Under the pieces are notes generated by a model that was not told the DNA's origin, did not search any database, and saw only the letters and a list, made by a program, of their open reading frames with translations. A stretch of DNA of 64,000 nucleotides, taken from positions 11,650 through 75,649 of the IMG/VR virus record IMGVR_UViG_3300032323_000894; one strand, written 5' to 3'. The position numbers and the translations under genes were made by a program. Below are positions 19,216-27,954 of this stretch, in pieces (positions within the stretch are counted from its first letter, which is position 1; each line of letters begins with the position of its first letter). This DNA is from a virus.

Positions 19216-19518
19216 ATGGCAGAAGCAAAAAAGTCAAGTAAGAAGGACCCTCGCCTAGCTAGAGCTGGCGTATCGGGCTATAACAAACCTAAGGCTACCC
19301 CTGGAGCTAAAAAGTCTCACGTAGTAGTGGCCAAAGAAGGTAACCAGATTAAGACTATTCGTTTTGGTGAGCAGGGAGCGGAAACTGCTGGTAAGCCAAA
19401 GGCTGGAGAGTCTGAGCGCATGAAGGCTAAGCGCAAGAGCTTTAAGGCTCGTCACGGAAAGAACATTGCTAAGGGAAAGATGTCAGCAGCATACTGGGCT
19501 GACAAGGTGAAGTGGTAA
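19216..19518 (+). CDS. Basic protein (DUF6321/DUF5754-like)
   Basis: GYNKPK...KSHVVVAK...IRFGEQG...RKSFKARH...SAAYWA..VKW. Confidence 0.7.
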   Translation: MAEAKKSSKKDPRLARAGVSGYNKPKATPGAKKSHVVVAKEGNQIKTIRFGEQGAETAGKPKAGESERMKAKRKSFKARHGKNIAKGKMSAAYWADKVKW

Positions 19519-19721
19519 TGGCTGCCTCTAAACCAAAGCCAAAGCCAAAGGCTAAGTCAAAAGTAAACGAAGCTGGAAACTACACTAAGCCTGGAATGCG
19601 CAAATCTTTATTCAATAAGATTAAAGCTGGCACTAAGGGTGGCGACCCAGGGGAATGGTCTGCCCGTAAAGCACAGCTACTAGCATCTGAGTACAAGAAA
19701 GCTGGCGGAGGCTACAAGTAA
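19518..19721 (+). CDS. Basic protein, N-terminal half of a DUF5872-like family
   Basis: YTKPGMR...KGGDPGEWSARKAQLLASEYKKAGGGY. TAATG start. Confidence 0.7.
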   Translation: MAASKPKPKPKAKSKVNEAGNYTKPGMRKSLFNKIKAGTKGGDPGEWSARKAQLLASEYKKAGGGYK

Positions 19722-19963
19722 TGGCTCTAGCTAAGTCTCAGAAGTCCCTTAAGAACTGGACTGACCAGAAGTGGAAAACCTCCGACGGTAAACCGTCTAA
19801 GGGTAAAAAACGCTATCTACCTGAGAAAGCTTGGGCTGAGTTATCGCCTGCAGAAAAGGCCGCTACTAATAAAGCTAAGGCCGCTGGAAATAAAAAAGGC
19901 AAACAGTTTGTAGCTCAACCTAAGAAGATTGCTGAAAAAGCAGCAAAGCACAGGAAGTCATAA
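19721..19963 (+). CDS. Basic protein, C-terminal half of a DUF5872-like family
   Basis: QKSLKNWTDQKW...RYLPEKAW..LS..EKAAT...GKQFV. Confidence 0.7.
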   Translation: MALAKSQKSLKNWTDQKWKTSDGKPSKGKKRYLPEKAWAELSPAEKAATNKAKAAGNKKGKQFVAQPKKIAEKAAKHRKS

Positions 19964-20244
19964 TGGCAGAAACTAAGAAGTTTGGCCCATACAAGGGGTC
20001 TAAGGCTAATGGTGGTAGGCCTATCTATGTCTATAAGACTAAGAACGCTAAAGGCGAATGGGTAACCACATCCAAGAATAAGGCTCGTGCAGACTACGAG
20101 GCTAAGAATGGTAAGTTGCCTAGAGACACAGATGTTGACCACAAGGACAACAACAAAAAGAACGACTCTAAGAGTAATCTAAGAGCTCTAAAGCACGGTA
20201 AAAACACGGCTAAAGAGAACAAACGACGGGTAGGAAAGAAGTAA
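19963..20244 (+). CDS. Small basic HNH-motif protein
   Basis: DVDHKDNNKKNDSKSNLRAL...N. Confidence 0.7.
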   Translation: MAETKKFGPYKGSKANGGRPIYVYKTKNAKGEWVTTSKNKARADYEAKNGKLPRDTDVDHKDNNKKNDSKSNLRALKHGKNTAKENKRRVGKK

Positions 20245-20486
20245 TGGCTAAAAATCCTAAATTAGTAAGAGCAGCTGCAAAAACAAACGCAAAACAAGCA
20301 AAAATGGAAGTTTCTAATCCTTTACAGTACAACAACGTAGGCATGGGTAAAGCGCCCAAAGGCCAAACAAAAGCAGCCAAGCTTTTTATGAAGACTATGT
20401 CGTCAGATAAAAAAGGCTACGTAGCTAAGCAAGTAGACAAAGCAGTTACTAAAACTGCAAAGAAGATGAAAAAAGGCGGAAAGTAA
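20244..20486 (+). CDS. Small Lys/Ala-rich basic protein
   Basis: Coupled by TAATG on both sides. Ends MKKGGK. Confidence 0.65.
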   Translation: MAKNPKLVRAAAKTNAKQAKMEVSNPLQYNNVGMGKAPKGQTKAAKLFMKTMSSDKKGYVAKQVDKAVTKTAKKMKKGGK

Positions 20487-20551
20487 TGTCAGATTGCGGT
20501 TGCGGCCACTGTGGCTGTGGAAAGAAGGAAGACAATGGCGGAGAAGCCTAA
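20486..20551 (+). CDS. 21-aa Cys-rich micro-ORF (MSDCGCGHCGCGKKEDNGGEA)
   Basis: Starts at the TAATG overlap with the previous stop. Below the ORF-track cutoff. Confidence 0.5.
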   Translation: MSDCGCGHCGCGKKEDNGGEA

Positions 20552-20648
20552 GAAACCAATGAAACCAATCAAGAATCTTAAGCCAATTACGGCTCAAGTT
20601 AAAATGCCTAACATGGCTAAATACAACACCAAAGGAAAGAAGAAGTAA
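20535..20648 (+). CDS. 37-aa Lys/Pro-rich basic micro-protein (MAEKPKKPMKPIKNLKP...KGKKK)
   Basis: AAGGA RBS upstream, and the stop abuts the next ATG at 20649. Not in the ORF track. Confidence 0.6.
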   Translation: MAEKPKKPMKPIKNLKPITAQVKMPNMAKYNTKGKKK

Positions 20649-20867
20649 ATGGCAGGAAAACCAGCATTCCTAAAGGGTAAGTACACTGAGGAAAAAGACA
20701 AGAAAAAAGACGCAGCTATGACTAAGAACTTGACCCCAGAGCAGAAGAAGCGCTTTGAGAAGATGGACAAGGCTCATGGAGACAAGAAGAAGCCTAAGAC
20801 CATGAAGGAAGACAAGAAGATGGATTCCAAGATTATTAAGAAAGTAACTAAAGGAAAGAAGAAGTAA
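20649..20867 (+). CDS. Small Lys-rich charged protein
   Basis: KYTEEKDKKKDAAM...FEKMDKAH...KGKKK. Confidence 0.65.
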   Translation: MAGKPAFLKGKYTEEKDKKKDAAMTKNLTPEQKKRFEKMDKAHGDKKKPKTMKEDKKMDSKIIKKVTKGKKK

Positions 20868-21118
20868 TGCCACTAGCAGCTAAAGGCTCAAAAGCCTCTA
20901 TGAACAAAAAAATGGGTGCAGACAAGACTTACAACCCAGCAAAAAGCAACGTAGCAAAGAACGCCAAGAAGACTCTTAGCACTGCAAAGGGCTATGGCAA
21001 GGCTGGTGGAGGAATCTCTACAGCTGCCTCTAAAGCTCTTGGTGAAAAGGGCCTAGAAAAGGGAATGCAGAAAGCCGAAAGCCGCATGAAAAAGGCAGCT
21101 ATGGCGAAAAAGAAGTAA
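20867..21118 (+). CDS. Small Lys/Ala-rich basic protein
   Basis: TAATG coupled and followed by a terminator. Confidence 0.65.
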   Translation: MPLAAKGSKASMNKKMGADKTYNPAKSNVAKNAKKTLSTAKGYGKAGGGISTAASKALGEKGLEKGMQKAESRMKKAAMAKKK

Positions 21119-21144
21119 TCTCCCAACACAAACATTTATAGATT

Positions 21145-21172
21145 AACCCTGCGAATAGCAGGGTTTTTCTTT
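21145..21172 (+). terminator. Rho-independent terminator
   Basis: AACCCTGC-GAATA-GCAGGGTT stem followed by TTTCTTT. Confidence 0.8.
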
Positions 21173-21249
21173 ACCCTAGAGGAGTAGGTATCCGTGCGGA
21201 GCCTACCTAGCTACTGCTAGACCTGCGTACCTCTGATTGGGGATTTGCC

Positions 21250-21438
21250 GTGCCTTCAAAAGACTGGAAGCCGTGGTGGGAAAAGACCTTTGACACACCA
21301 CAGGAAAGAGACGAGTTCATCCGTGGACTGTCTGGGGCTACACCTAGCTCTAATAAGTCTTCAGGAATTCTACTGGCTTTAATAGCAGGCTACGTAGGCG
21401 GTAAAGCATCCCAATTCAAAGGTAAGAAGTGGCAGTAA
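21250..21438 (+). CDS. Small hypothetical protein with a hydrophobic C-terminal segment
   Basis: GTG start. PWWE...RDEFIRGL...ILLALIAGYVG. Confidence 0.5.
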   Translation: MPSKDWKPWWEKTFDTPQERDEFIRGLSGATPSSNKSSGILLALIAGYVGGKASQFKGKKWQ

Positions 21439-21746
21439 CTACCCTAGTAAAGTTAGCTGAATTATCAGCAGATGACACCGCCAAGTTCATAACCGAGGAC
21501 GTTAAAGAACTTGCTACTAAGCACGGCTGGGATGCTACATCCGTTAACGGTGTAGCCGTCAAATACTCTGACTCTGAATTCTCTTTTGACATCTCTCCTG
21601 AAACGGAGAACTCTGTCATGCGCCTAGAATACGGCACTGAAACAGTGGCCCCCACAGCAGTTTTTCGTAAGTACGGCTCTAATACCAAAGAGGCTGAAAA
21701 GGTATTCATCAAAGGCCTTGAAAAGAGAGTAGGGATTTCCCTATGA
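21429..21746 (+). CDS. Putative neck / tail-completion protein
   Basis: HGW...LEYGTETVAPTAVFRK motif. Position before the tail terminator. Confidence 0.45.
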   Translation: MAVTTLVKLAELSADDTAKFITEDVKELATKHGWDATSVNGVAVKYSDSEFSFDISPETENSVMRLEYGTETVAPTAVFRKYGSNTKEAEKVFIKGLEKRVGISL

Positions 21747-22405
21747 CTTTTTTACTTTCTGAAGACAAGGCTCTACGGGAGCTTATCCAGGGTGTTGAAG
21801 TTAGCGACCAAAAAGCAGACAACTCCTTGGCTCCGCGTCAGGTAGGCGTGTGGTTTGGACAGCCTGACCAAGAGTTGCGAAACCAGAACTACCCTTACGT
21901 AACTATTCAGATGATTGACGTTGCTAGAGACACCACTAGAGAAATGCGCGGTAAAACAAGCGCAGAGTACCTACGAAACGACACTGTCGGTGAAAATGAC
22001 GAGTTTATTACTGATAGGCCGATTCCTGTAAATATTGACTATCAGATAACCACCTACTCTCGCCACCCTAGGCATGACAGAGAGCTTTTGGCAAAAATAC
22101 TGTATGACAGATTGCCATTTAGATTTGGTACGTTGAACTGCGACGACAATACTGTTCGTCGTTTAGACGTGCTAGACGTCACAAAACGTGATGTTACCGA
22201 GCAAGCAAAGCGCCTGTTCGTCAATGTATTCACTGTACGTGTTTCTAGCGAAATACTGCAGAGTGTACTGACAAAACTATACCCAGTATCAGAAGTGCAC
22301 ATTGATTCTCCAACGGAAGAAAATTCCAATGGTGGACCAAGAAATCCCCAGTATGTGGGGATAGGCAGTGTAATTATCTCGGAACAAGTCGGAACCCCTT
22401 CTTAA
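21743..22405 (+). CDS. Putative tail terminator / sheath-cap protein
   Basis: VWFGQPD...YPYVTI...PIPVNIDYQITTYSR. Immediately upstream of the sheath gene. Confidence 0.55.
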   Translation: MTFLLSEDKALRELIQGVEVSDQKADNSLAPRQVGVWFGQPDQELRNQNYPYVTIQMIDVARDTTREMRGKTSAEYLRNDTVGENDEFITDRPIPVNIDYQITTYSRHPRHDRELLAKILYDRLPFRFGTLNCDDNTVRRLDVLDVTKRDVTEQAKRLFVNVFTVRVSSEILQSVLTKLYPVSEVHIDSPTEENSNGGPRNPQYVGIGSVIISEQVGTPS

Positions 22406-22432
22406 TAACCCCCCTAGTTAGGAGAAACAAAA

Positions 22433-23962
22433 ATGGCTACTTATGGTCGTCCAGGCGTTTACATTAGTGAGCGTCTTCTCCCTGCGCCTATCACCGTTCT
22501 AGGTACCGCAAATGCTGCTGGTGCTGTAATTGGTGAGTTTGCTCAGGGACCAGAAACCGTGACTTTGGTCACATCTTGGTACGATTTTGTAAAGCAGTTT
22601 GGTGGCTACAACGCAGCCTACCCAGCTACTTACGGAATTGGACTATTCTTTAAAAACGGTGGAAGCGAGCTGTATGTTAAGCGCGTTCTATCCGATGATG
22701 CCGAAGCCGCTTCTATTACAGTGCCTTCAAGCGTAGAAGAAGCTGACGATGTAGCAGTAATTACTGCTAAAAACAGAGGTGAAGACGGCAACAGCATCAA
22801 CGTAACTTTTAGCCCAGCTAATATTGATGGTCTTTGGAACCTTCTTGTTTCCAAGGAAACTGTAGCTGGTACAGCCGCAGACACTACCAACGACGTTGTT
22901 CTAGAAAGCTACATTAACTTAGAGCTTAATGACTCACTTTCTAGTGACTTTATTGAGAACGTAGTAAATCAGTCCTCTAAGTACATTTCTGTAGTAGTTT
23001 CCGAAGACAACAACGCTCTGCCAGTTGTTACCACTCTACCGCTAACTGGTGGAGACAACGGTTCCGCTCCAAATGGAGACGATTACATTCAGGTCGTAGA
23101 AGAGTTCAGCACTGCTAACAGGCCTCTAGTGCTATTCTCCCCAGAAATTAACACTAACGTCAGACTTGCTAACCCTGTAGAAGACGAGCCAAACGTAGGT
23201 TCGATTTACGATGCTTGGATTTCATGGGCGCAGAATAACGATGGATTTGTAATCCTCGATACTGAGCCTGACACCAGTGTTAATGATGCCGTAAGCCTAG
23301 CCTCTGTTAGACAAAGCTCAACAAACGCGGCCATGTATTATCCAAATATCTTGATTACTGACCCGCTAGGTAGAAGCCCGTCTTCTCTCCGTAAGGTTGG
23401 TCCAGCTGGTGCAGTTGCAGGCCTATACCTGCGCACTGACAAGCAGATTGGTCCTTTTAAGTCACCTGCTGGAGTAACCGCGGCAGTTAGTGGCGCTGTT
23501 GCGATTGAGGCAGCCTTCACTACACAAGAGCTAGACGTTCTAAACTCTAGTGCAAGCCCTATTAACGCTATCCGTGCCCTACCAGGTGCGGGAGTAGTCG
23601 TTATGGGTGCTCGTACACTAAAGAATGATGGAACTGCAAATAAGTATGTAAATACTCGCCGTTCCCTAATCTTTATCAAGAAGAGCTTGACTGATTTGAC
23701 TGAGTTTGCCCTATTTGAGAACAATGACGAAAAGCTATGGGCGAGACTTCGCTCCGCAATCTCGGTGTTCTTGGGTGGCTACCAGAACCAAGGTGGTCTA
23801 AGAGGAGCAACTCCTGCAGAAGCTTTCTACGTAAAGTGTGACGCAGAAAACAACCCAGACGAAAGCATTGCAAGTGGTGAAGTTAACATTGAAGTTGGTG
23901 TTGCACTTCAGTACCCAGCAGAGTTTGTCGTAATCAACCTAAGTCAAAAGACGTCTGAGTAA
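22433..23962 (+). CDS. Contractile tail sheath protein
   Basis: YGRPGVYISE, FFKNGG, YYP, GARTL...YVNTRR, FENND, AFYVKCDAENN, PAEFVVI. Confidence 0.95.
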   Translation: MATYGRPGVYISERLLPAPITVLGTANAAGAVIGEFAQGPETVTLVTSWYDFVKQFGGYNAAYPATYGIGLFFKNGGSELYVKRVLSDDAEAASITVPSSVEEADDVAVITAKNRGEDGNSINVTFSPANIDGLWNLLVSKETVAGTAADTTNDVVLESYINLELNDSLSSDFIENVVNQSSKYISVVVSEDNNALPVVTTLPLTGGDNGSAPNGDDYIQVVEEFSTANRPLVLFSPEINTNVRLANPVEDEPNVGSIYDAWISWAQNNDGFVILDTEPDTSVNDAVSLASVRQSSTNAAMYYPNILITDPLGRSPSSLRKVGPAGAVAGLYLRTDKQIGPFKSPAGVTAAVSGAVAIEAAFTTQELDVLNSSASPINAIRALPGAGVVVMGARTLKNDGTANKYVNTRRSLIFIKKSLTDLTEFALFENNDEKLWARLRSAISVFLGGYQNQGGLRGATPAEAFYVKCDAENNPDESIASGEVNIEVGVALQYPAEFVVINLSQKTSE

Positions 23963-23981
23963 TCTAAGGAGATACTAAACA

Positions 23982-24596
23982 ATGGCTACTATTATCAACA
24001 ATAGGTCAGTACTAGAGACTGACCCAATCAGAAATTTTAGATTTCTGGTTACATTCAAGCCACATGACACCGCAGGGTCTGCTTCTTGGTACGACTCAAA
24101 GGTCACTCTTGGCTTTACCTCTGTTTCGGGACTGTCAGTAACTACTGACTCTATCCCTTACCGTGAGGGTGGCTACAACACCACAGTCCACCAGATTCCT
24201 GGCCAGACTACATTTGCACCAATTACCCTACAGCGCGGAGTTATTCTTAACACCAAGCAGAACTGGCAGTGGATGAGAACCTTGTTCGCTACCGTTCAGG
24301 GTGGTGCAGCAAACGTTCAGGGAAAGTCCTTCCGTGCTGACCTAGAGATTGAGGTACTAAGCCACCCAATTCCTGGTTCCGCTGGTGGAACTACCGCAGG
24401 AACTGGCGGTGTAGCTAAGGATGACCACGTGTCTATGAGGTTTAACGTGTACAACTGCTGGATTACTTCAGTATCGTACTCTGACCTAAACGCAGGTGAC
24501 AACGCAATCTTTGTTGAGCAGGCAACTCTTGTTCACGAAGGTTTTGATGTTAACTGGGCACCAAACCTAACCGATAGTGCTCCAAAATTTAACTAA
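23982..24596 (+). CDS. Tail tube protein (T4 gp19-like)
   Basis: DPIRNFRF, GFTSVSGL, YREGG, PITLQRG, LNAGDN...EQATLVHEG. Confidence 0.9.
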   Translation: MATIINNRSVLETDPIRNFRFLVTFKPHDTAGSASWYDSKVTLGFTSVSGLSVTTDSIPYREGGYNTTVHQIPGQTTFAPITLQRGVILNTKQNWQWMRTLFATVQGGAANVQGKSFRADLEIEVLSHPIPGSAGGTTAGTGGVAKDDHVSMRFNVYNCWITSVSYSDLNAGDNAIFVEQATLVHEGFDVNWAPNLTDSAPKFN

Positions 24597-24610
24597 TAAA
24601 AGGAATAAAT

Positions 24611-25426
24611 ATGGAAAACCAAACGATTAACGCAGCAACTAACCCTGGCCTAGCAAACAAACTTGCGGCCGAGGCTGTTTCTCAAAAAACCGAAGCACCA
24701 GAACCAGCAAAAATTAAACTTCCTGTAGATGTTCTTGTAGACCTTCCTGGAGGGTACATGTCTCCCTCTGGGGAGGTTTACAGAACCGCTGAAGTTAGGG
24801 AACTAACAGGAAAAGACGAAGAAGTTATTGTCAAGGCGGCTAATATGCCTAAAGCTTTGGCACTAGCTCTATCTAGAGGAACTGTAAAAATTGGGGATGT
24901 TGAAGCTACTGAAGAAGTCTTAGACAAGATTTTGGCAGCAGACCGAGACGCAATTATGCTTGGAATATACCGAGCAACTTTCGGTGACACCGCTGAATTT
25001 GGGGCTTATTGCATGGGGTGTAAAGACTCTAAAACTGCGGAGATTAATCTTCTAGAAGACATAAAGGTAAAGGTTTTACTAGACCCTCTAGAAGACAGGG
25101 CTTTTAAGGTTCAAGGAAAGTCTAAAGAGTATCTTGTACGACTTCCTGAAGGAAAAGCTCAACGAGAACTAGCTAATAACTTAGACAAAACGTCCTCTGA
25201 ATTAGATTCAGTTCTTTTGGACTACTGTTTGGTGGAAATAGACGGCAAACAAGTATTTGGTAAAAATCAAGTACAAGCTATTGGCTTAGCTGATAGACGT
25301 CTTATTTTAAGTGAAATTATCAACAGAAACCCTGGACCACAATTTAACGATGTCAAAATTACCTGCCCTGATTGTGGCGGAGAGGTGGTAGTTCCGATTA
25401 GTCTCGGGACTCTATTTCAGTTCTAA
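24611..25426 (+). CDS. Tail/baseplate assembly chaperone (T4 gp26-like)
   Basis: LPGGY, VRELTGKDEE, DRDAIMLGIYRATFG, two CxxC pairs. Lies between tube and tape measure. Confidence 0.75.
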   Translation: MENQTINAATNPGLANKLAAEAVSQKTEAPEPAKIKLPVDVLVDLPGGYMSPSGEVYRTAEVRELTGKDEEVIVKAANMPKALALALSRGTVKIGDVEATEEVLDKILAADRDAIMLGIYRATFGDTAEFGAYCMGCKDSKTAEINLLEDIKVKVLLDPLEDRAFKVQGKSKEYLVRLPEGKAQRELANNLDKTSSELDSVLLDYCLVEIDGKQVFGKNQVQAIGLADRRLILSEIINRNPGPQFNDVKITCPDCGGEVVVPISLGTLFQF

Positions 25427-25439
25427 TTTAGCATCATAT

Positions 25440-25580
25440 ATGCAGTTGATGAGTCAGTGGACAGCATTAACTGTTAGTTACACGGGTTGGTCTTTAGAAG
25501 AAATTCGAAGACTTACTCCAAGAGAAAGAAAGAATTGGCTAGAAATAGCCAGAGAATACGGATTGGTGGTGAAGAAGTAA
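25440..25580 (+). CDS. Small tail-assembly chaperone partner (MQLMSQW...GWSLEEIRRLTPRERKNWL...)
   Basis: 46-aa ORF absent from the track. The GWS..EI..L..RER..W motif is typical of the small ORF preceding tape measure genes. Confidence 0.7.
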   Translation: MQLMSQWTALTVSYTGWSLEEIRRLTPRERKNWLEIAREYGLVVKK

Positions 25581-25581
25581 T

Positions 25582-27954
25582 ATGGCTAATAGTTTAACCG
25601 TGTTAATGCAAGACGTCAAAAAACTTCTTGGCCTACTTAACCAAGTAGATGGATTCGTTAAAGGCGGAGGAGTAACTGGCGGCGGTAACATGCTGTCAGG
25701 GTCTTTGGCGGGTATCTCTACTGTTGCTTCTGGCGCGGGTTCTCGCATTCAAACTGCTGGTAGCCTAATTGGCATCGGTACAACAGCCGCAGCAGGATTT
25801 GCTGGCGGCGTGTCCTCAATGATGCCTGACGTAGCGCTGACTATTGGCCGTCAGGCTGCCCTTTACGGCGCTGGGGTATCCAGCGGTGGGCTAATGGGCA
25901 CCGCCATGCTAGACCGTAATACGCGGCTAGGTCTAGGTCAATTCCAAACTAGTGCAGGGGCTTCTTCAAGAGTCGCAGCTATGCTTACTGGGCGAGGTAT
26001 GGCTCCAACTAGTGCTGCGTTTACGCGGACGGTTGCTTCTACAGCTAATGCTGCCAAGTACTTAAACATGCCAAACGAAGTTGCCGCTTCCGCTTTTGAG
26101 GGGCTAACTTCTGGTGCTACATCTTCCATGATGATGAGAAATTACGGAATTTACACTGGAAATCCCGTAACTGGACAAGCTCTGGGTCAAAAAGAAATTT
26201 TTGAACAGCTCTATCAAAGATTTCTTGGCGGTAGAAGTACCAACGTAGAAAGAACCATGGAGTCCTTGCGTAGAGGAAACCTTGGGGCAAATATCCGTGC
26301 TTCGGGACTTGACGAGGCACAACAAGGATTGCTTTCTCAGTATTTTATTGACCGTGCTCGTGGCATCAACGTAGACTACTCTGACGATAAGTCAGTTCAA
26401 GCAGCAGTGGACCGTAATAAGGCCGAGGGCATCGTAAACCCAATGCTTGACCCAATGAAGCTTAGCTCTAGACAAGACGAGCTTATGAGCCTTGCTACTG
26501 AGCCGTATCTACAAGGACTTAAAACTTCTACAGATTTGCTAATGCAACTTAGTGATGTAGTAGAGGACCAGTTAATCCCAAGTTTTGGTGCTCTCAAGTC
26601 AACCCTTGACAATTTTATGGGTAATAACATGGGTGCAGGAGCAGTTACTGCTGGTGCCGCATTACTAGGTGGGGGACTTGCTGGAGCTGGGGTACTGGCG
26701 GGTGCTGGAGTTGGTCCTAGAGGTGGAAAAAGCCCAAAGTCTAGTGGTAAAGGTAACTTTAAAGGCGGTATGGGAATCCGAGCTGGTGGCCCTCTAGGAG
26801 CCGCGGCTATGCTGGGCGGTCAGGCCATGGGTGGACTAGGTGGCGACCTGCTTTCTGGTGCTGGAACAGGCGCTATGTTTGGTTCTTTTGCTGGTCCAAA
26901 AGGAATGCTAATTGGTGCCGCTATTGGTGCGTTAATTAGCGGTGGAGCCAGTATTCTAAGCGGCAGCCTTGCTCCTAAGGCTCCAGGTAAGGGTGGTGGC
27001 GGAAACATTGACCCAGGACCTCAGGGGAATAGTTGGACGGGTGCGTATGGGGAGCGACGCCCATATGGAATCCACGACGGTGTAGACATTGCGATGGCTG
27101 TTGGAACTCCACTAAAAGCCGTAATGGACGGAGTTGTTTCCTATGCAGGTAGCGGAAGCGGCAGCCGCTCAAGAGGACTTTACATAACAATTGAGCATGA
27201 GAATGGGTACAGAACGCTGTACGCCCATTTAAGTAAGTTTTTTGTTAAAAAAGGTGATGCTGTTTCTAAAGGACAACTAGTAGCACTCAGTGGTAATAGT
27301 GGTTTTTCAACTGGTCCTCACTTGCACTTTAGCTTATACAAAAATGGAACCCACATTAATCCAGGTCAGTTTGTAAATGACGGGCTCTACGGTGGGGCAG
27401 GAGTGTCTGTACCTCAAGGTGGATACACAGCATCAACTGGTGAGCAAAACATCAACAGCGGAATGACCGCAGGAATTTCTACCTCAAATTTTGCGTCTGT
27501 AATTAACCAATTTATGTCTGGCGGCTCTTCAGGTATCTCATTGGGCTCAAGCGCCATGTCTATTCTTGGTTCTGTACTGGGCGGAGCAAGCGGCTCATTT
27601 GGAAGCATTGCGTCAAACTCATCTGGTGTAAATCTTCCAGAACCTATTGGCAATACCTCTTCAGGAATGATGGGGACAGACTTAAACGCGCTTTTGAACT
27701 CTGGAGAATCTTCTGGGGTTGGAGGCGGGTATGAGCCACAGGGATTATCTGAAGGAACCAATCTTTCTAGCGCCATTTCACGCTCAAACTCTGGGTCAAT
27801 ATCTTCCAATGGTCGTTCAGGAGTGTACAAGCCCCAAGTAACGATAAACGTAAACATAGCTCGTGCGTCAGAAAGTGAAGCTAAGCGATTTGCCAAGATG
27901 GTTAAAGACGAACTAGAAGAAGACAGAATGTTAGACAGAATTGGTGGTAAGTAA
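25582..27954 (+). CDS. Tape measure protein with an internal M23 peptidase domain
   Basis: Ala/Gly-rich helical N-terminus and Gly-rich hydrophobic stretch. HDGVD, TLYAHL and STGPHLHF are M23 motifs. Confidence 0.85.
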   Translation: MANSLTVLMQDVKKLLGLLNQVDGFVKGGGVTGGGNMLSGSLAGISTVASGAGSRIQTAGSLIGIGTTAAAGFAGGVSSMMPDVALTIGRQAALYGAGVSSGGLMGTAMLDRNTRLGLGQFQTSAGASSRVAAMLTGRGMAPTSAAFTRTVASTANAAKYLNMPNEVAASAFEGLTSGATSSMMMRNYGIYTGNPVTGQALGQKEIFEQLYQRFLGGRSTNVERTMESLRRGNLGANIRASGLDEAQQGLLSQYFIDRARGINVDYSDDKSVQAAVDRNKAEGIVNPMLDPMKLSSRQDELMSLATEPYLQGLKTSTDLLMQLSDVVEDQLIPSFGALKSTLDNFMGNNMGAGAVTAGAALLGGGLAGAGVLAGAGVGPRGGKSPKSSGKGNFKGGMGIRAGGPLGAAAMLGGQAMGGLGGDLLSGAGTGAMFGSFAGPKGMLIGAAIGALISGGASILSGSLAPKAPGKGGGGNIDPGPQGNSWTGAYGERRPYGIHDGVDIAMAVGTPLKAVMDGVVSYAGSGSGSRSRGLYITIEHENGYRTLYAHLSKFFVKKGDAVSKGQLVALSGNSGFSTGPHLHFSLYKNGTHINPGQFVNDGLYGGAGVSVPQGGYTASTGEQNINSGMTAGISTSNFASVINQFMSGGSSGISLGSSAMSILGSVLGGASGSFGSIASNSSGVNLPEPIGNTSSGMMGTDLNALLNSGESSGVGGGYEPQGLSEGTNLSSAISRSNSGSISSNGRSGVYKPQVTINVNIARASESEAKRFAKMVKDELEEDRMLDRIGGK

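Noticed and set aside
19963-20244. Mobile homing endonuclease
   Set aside because: Only a minimal HNH motif, translationally coupled inside the basic-protein array, with no extra DNA-binding domain or interrupted gene. Kept as a CDS only.
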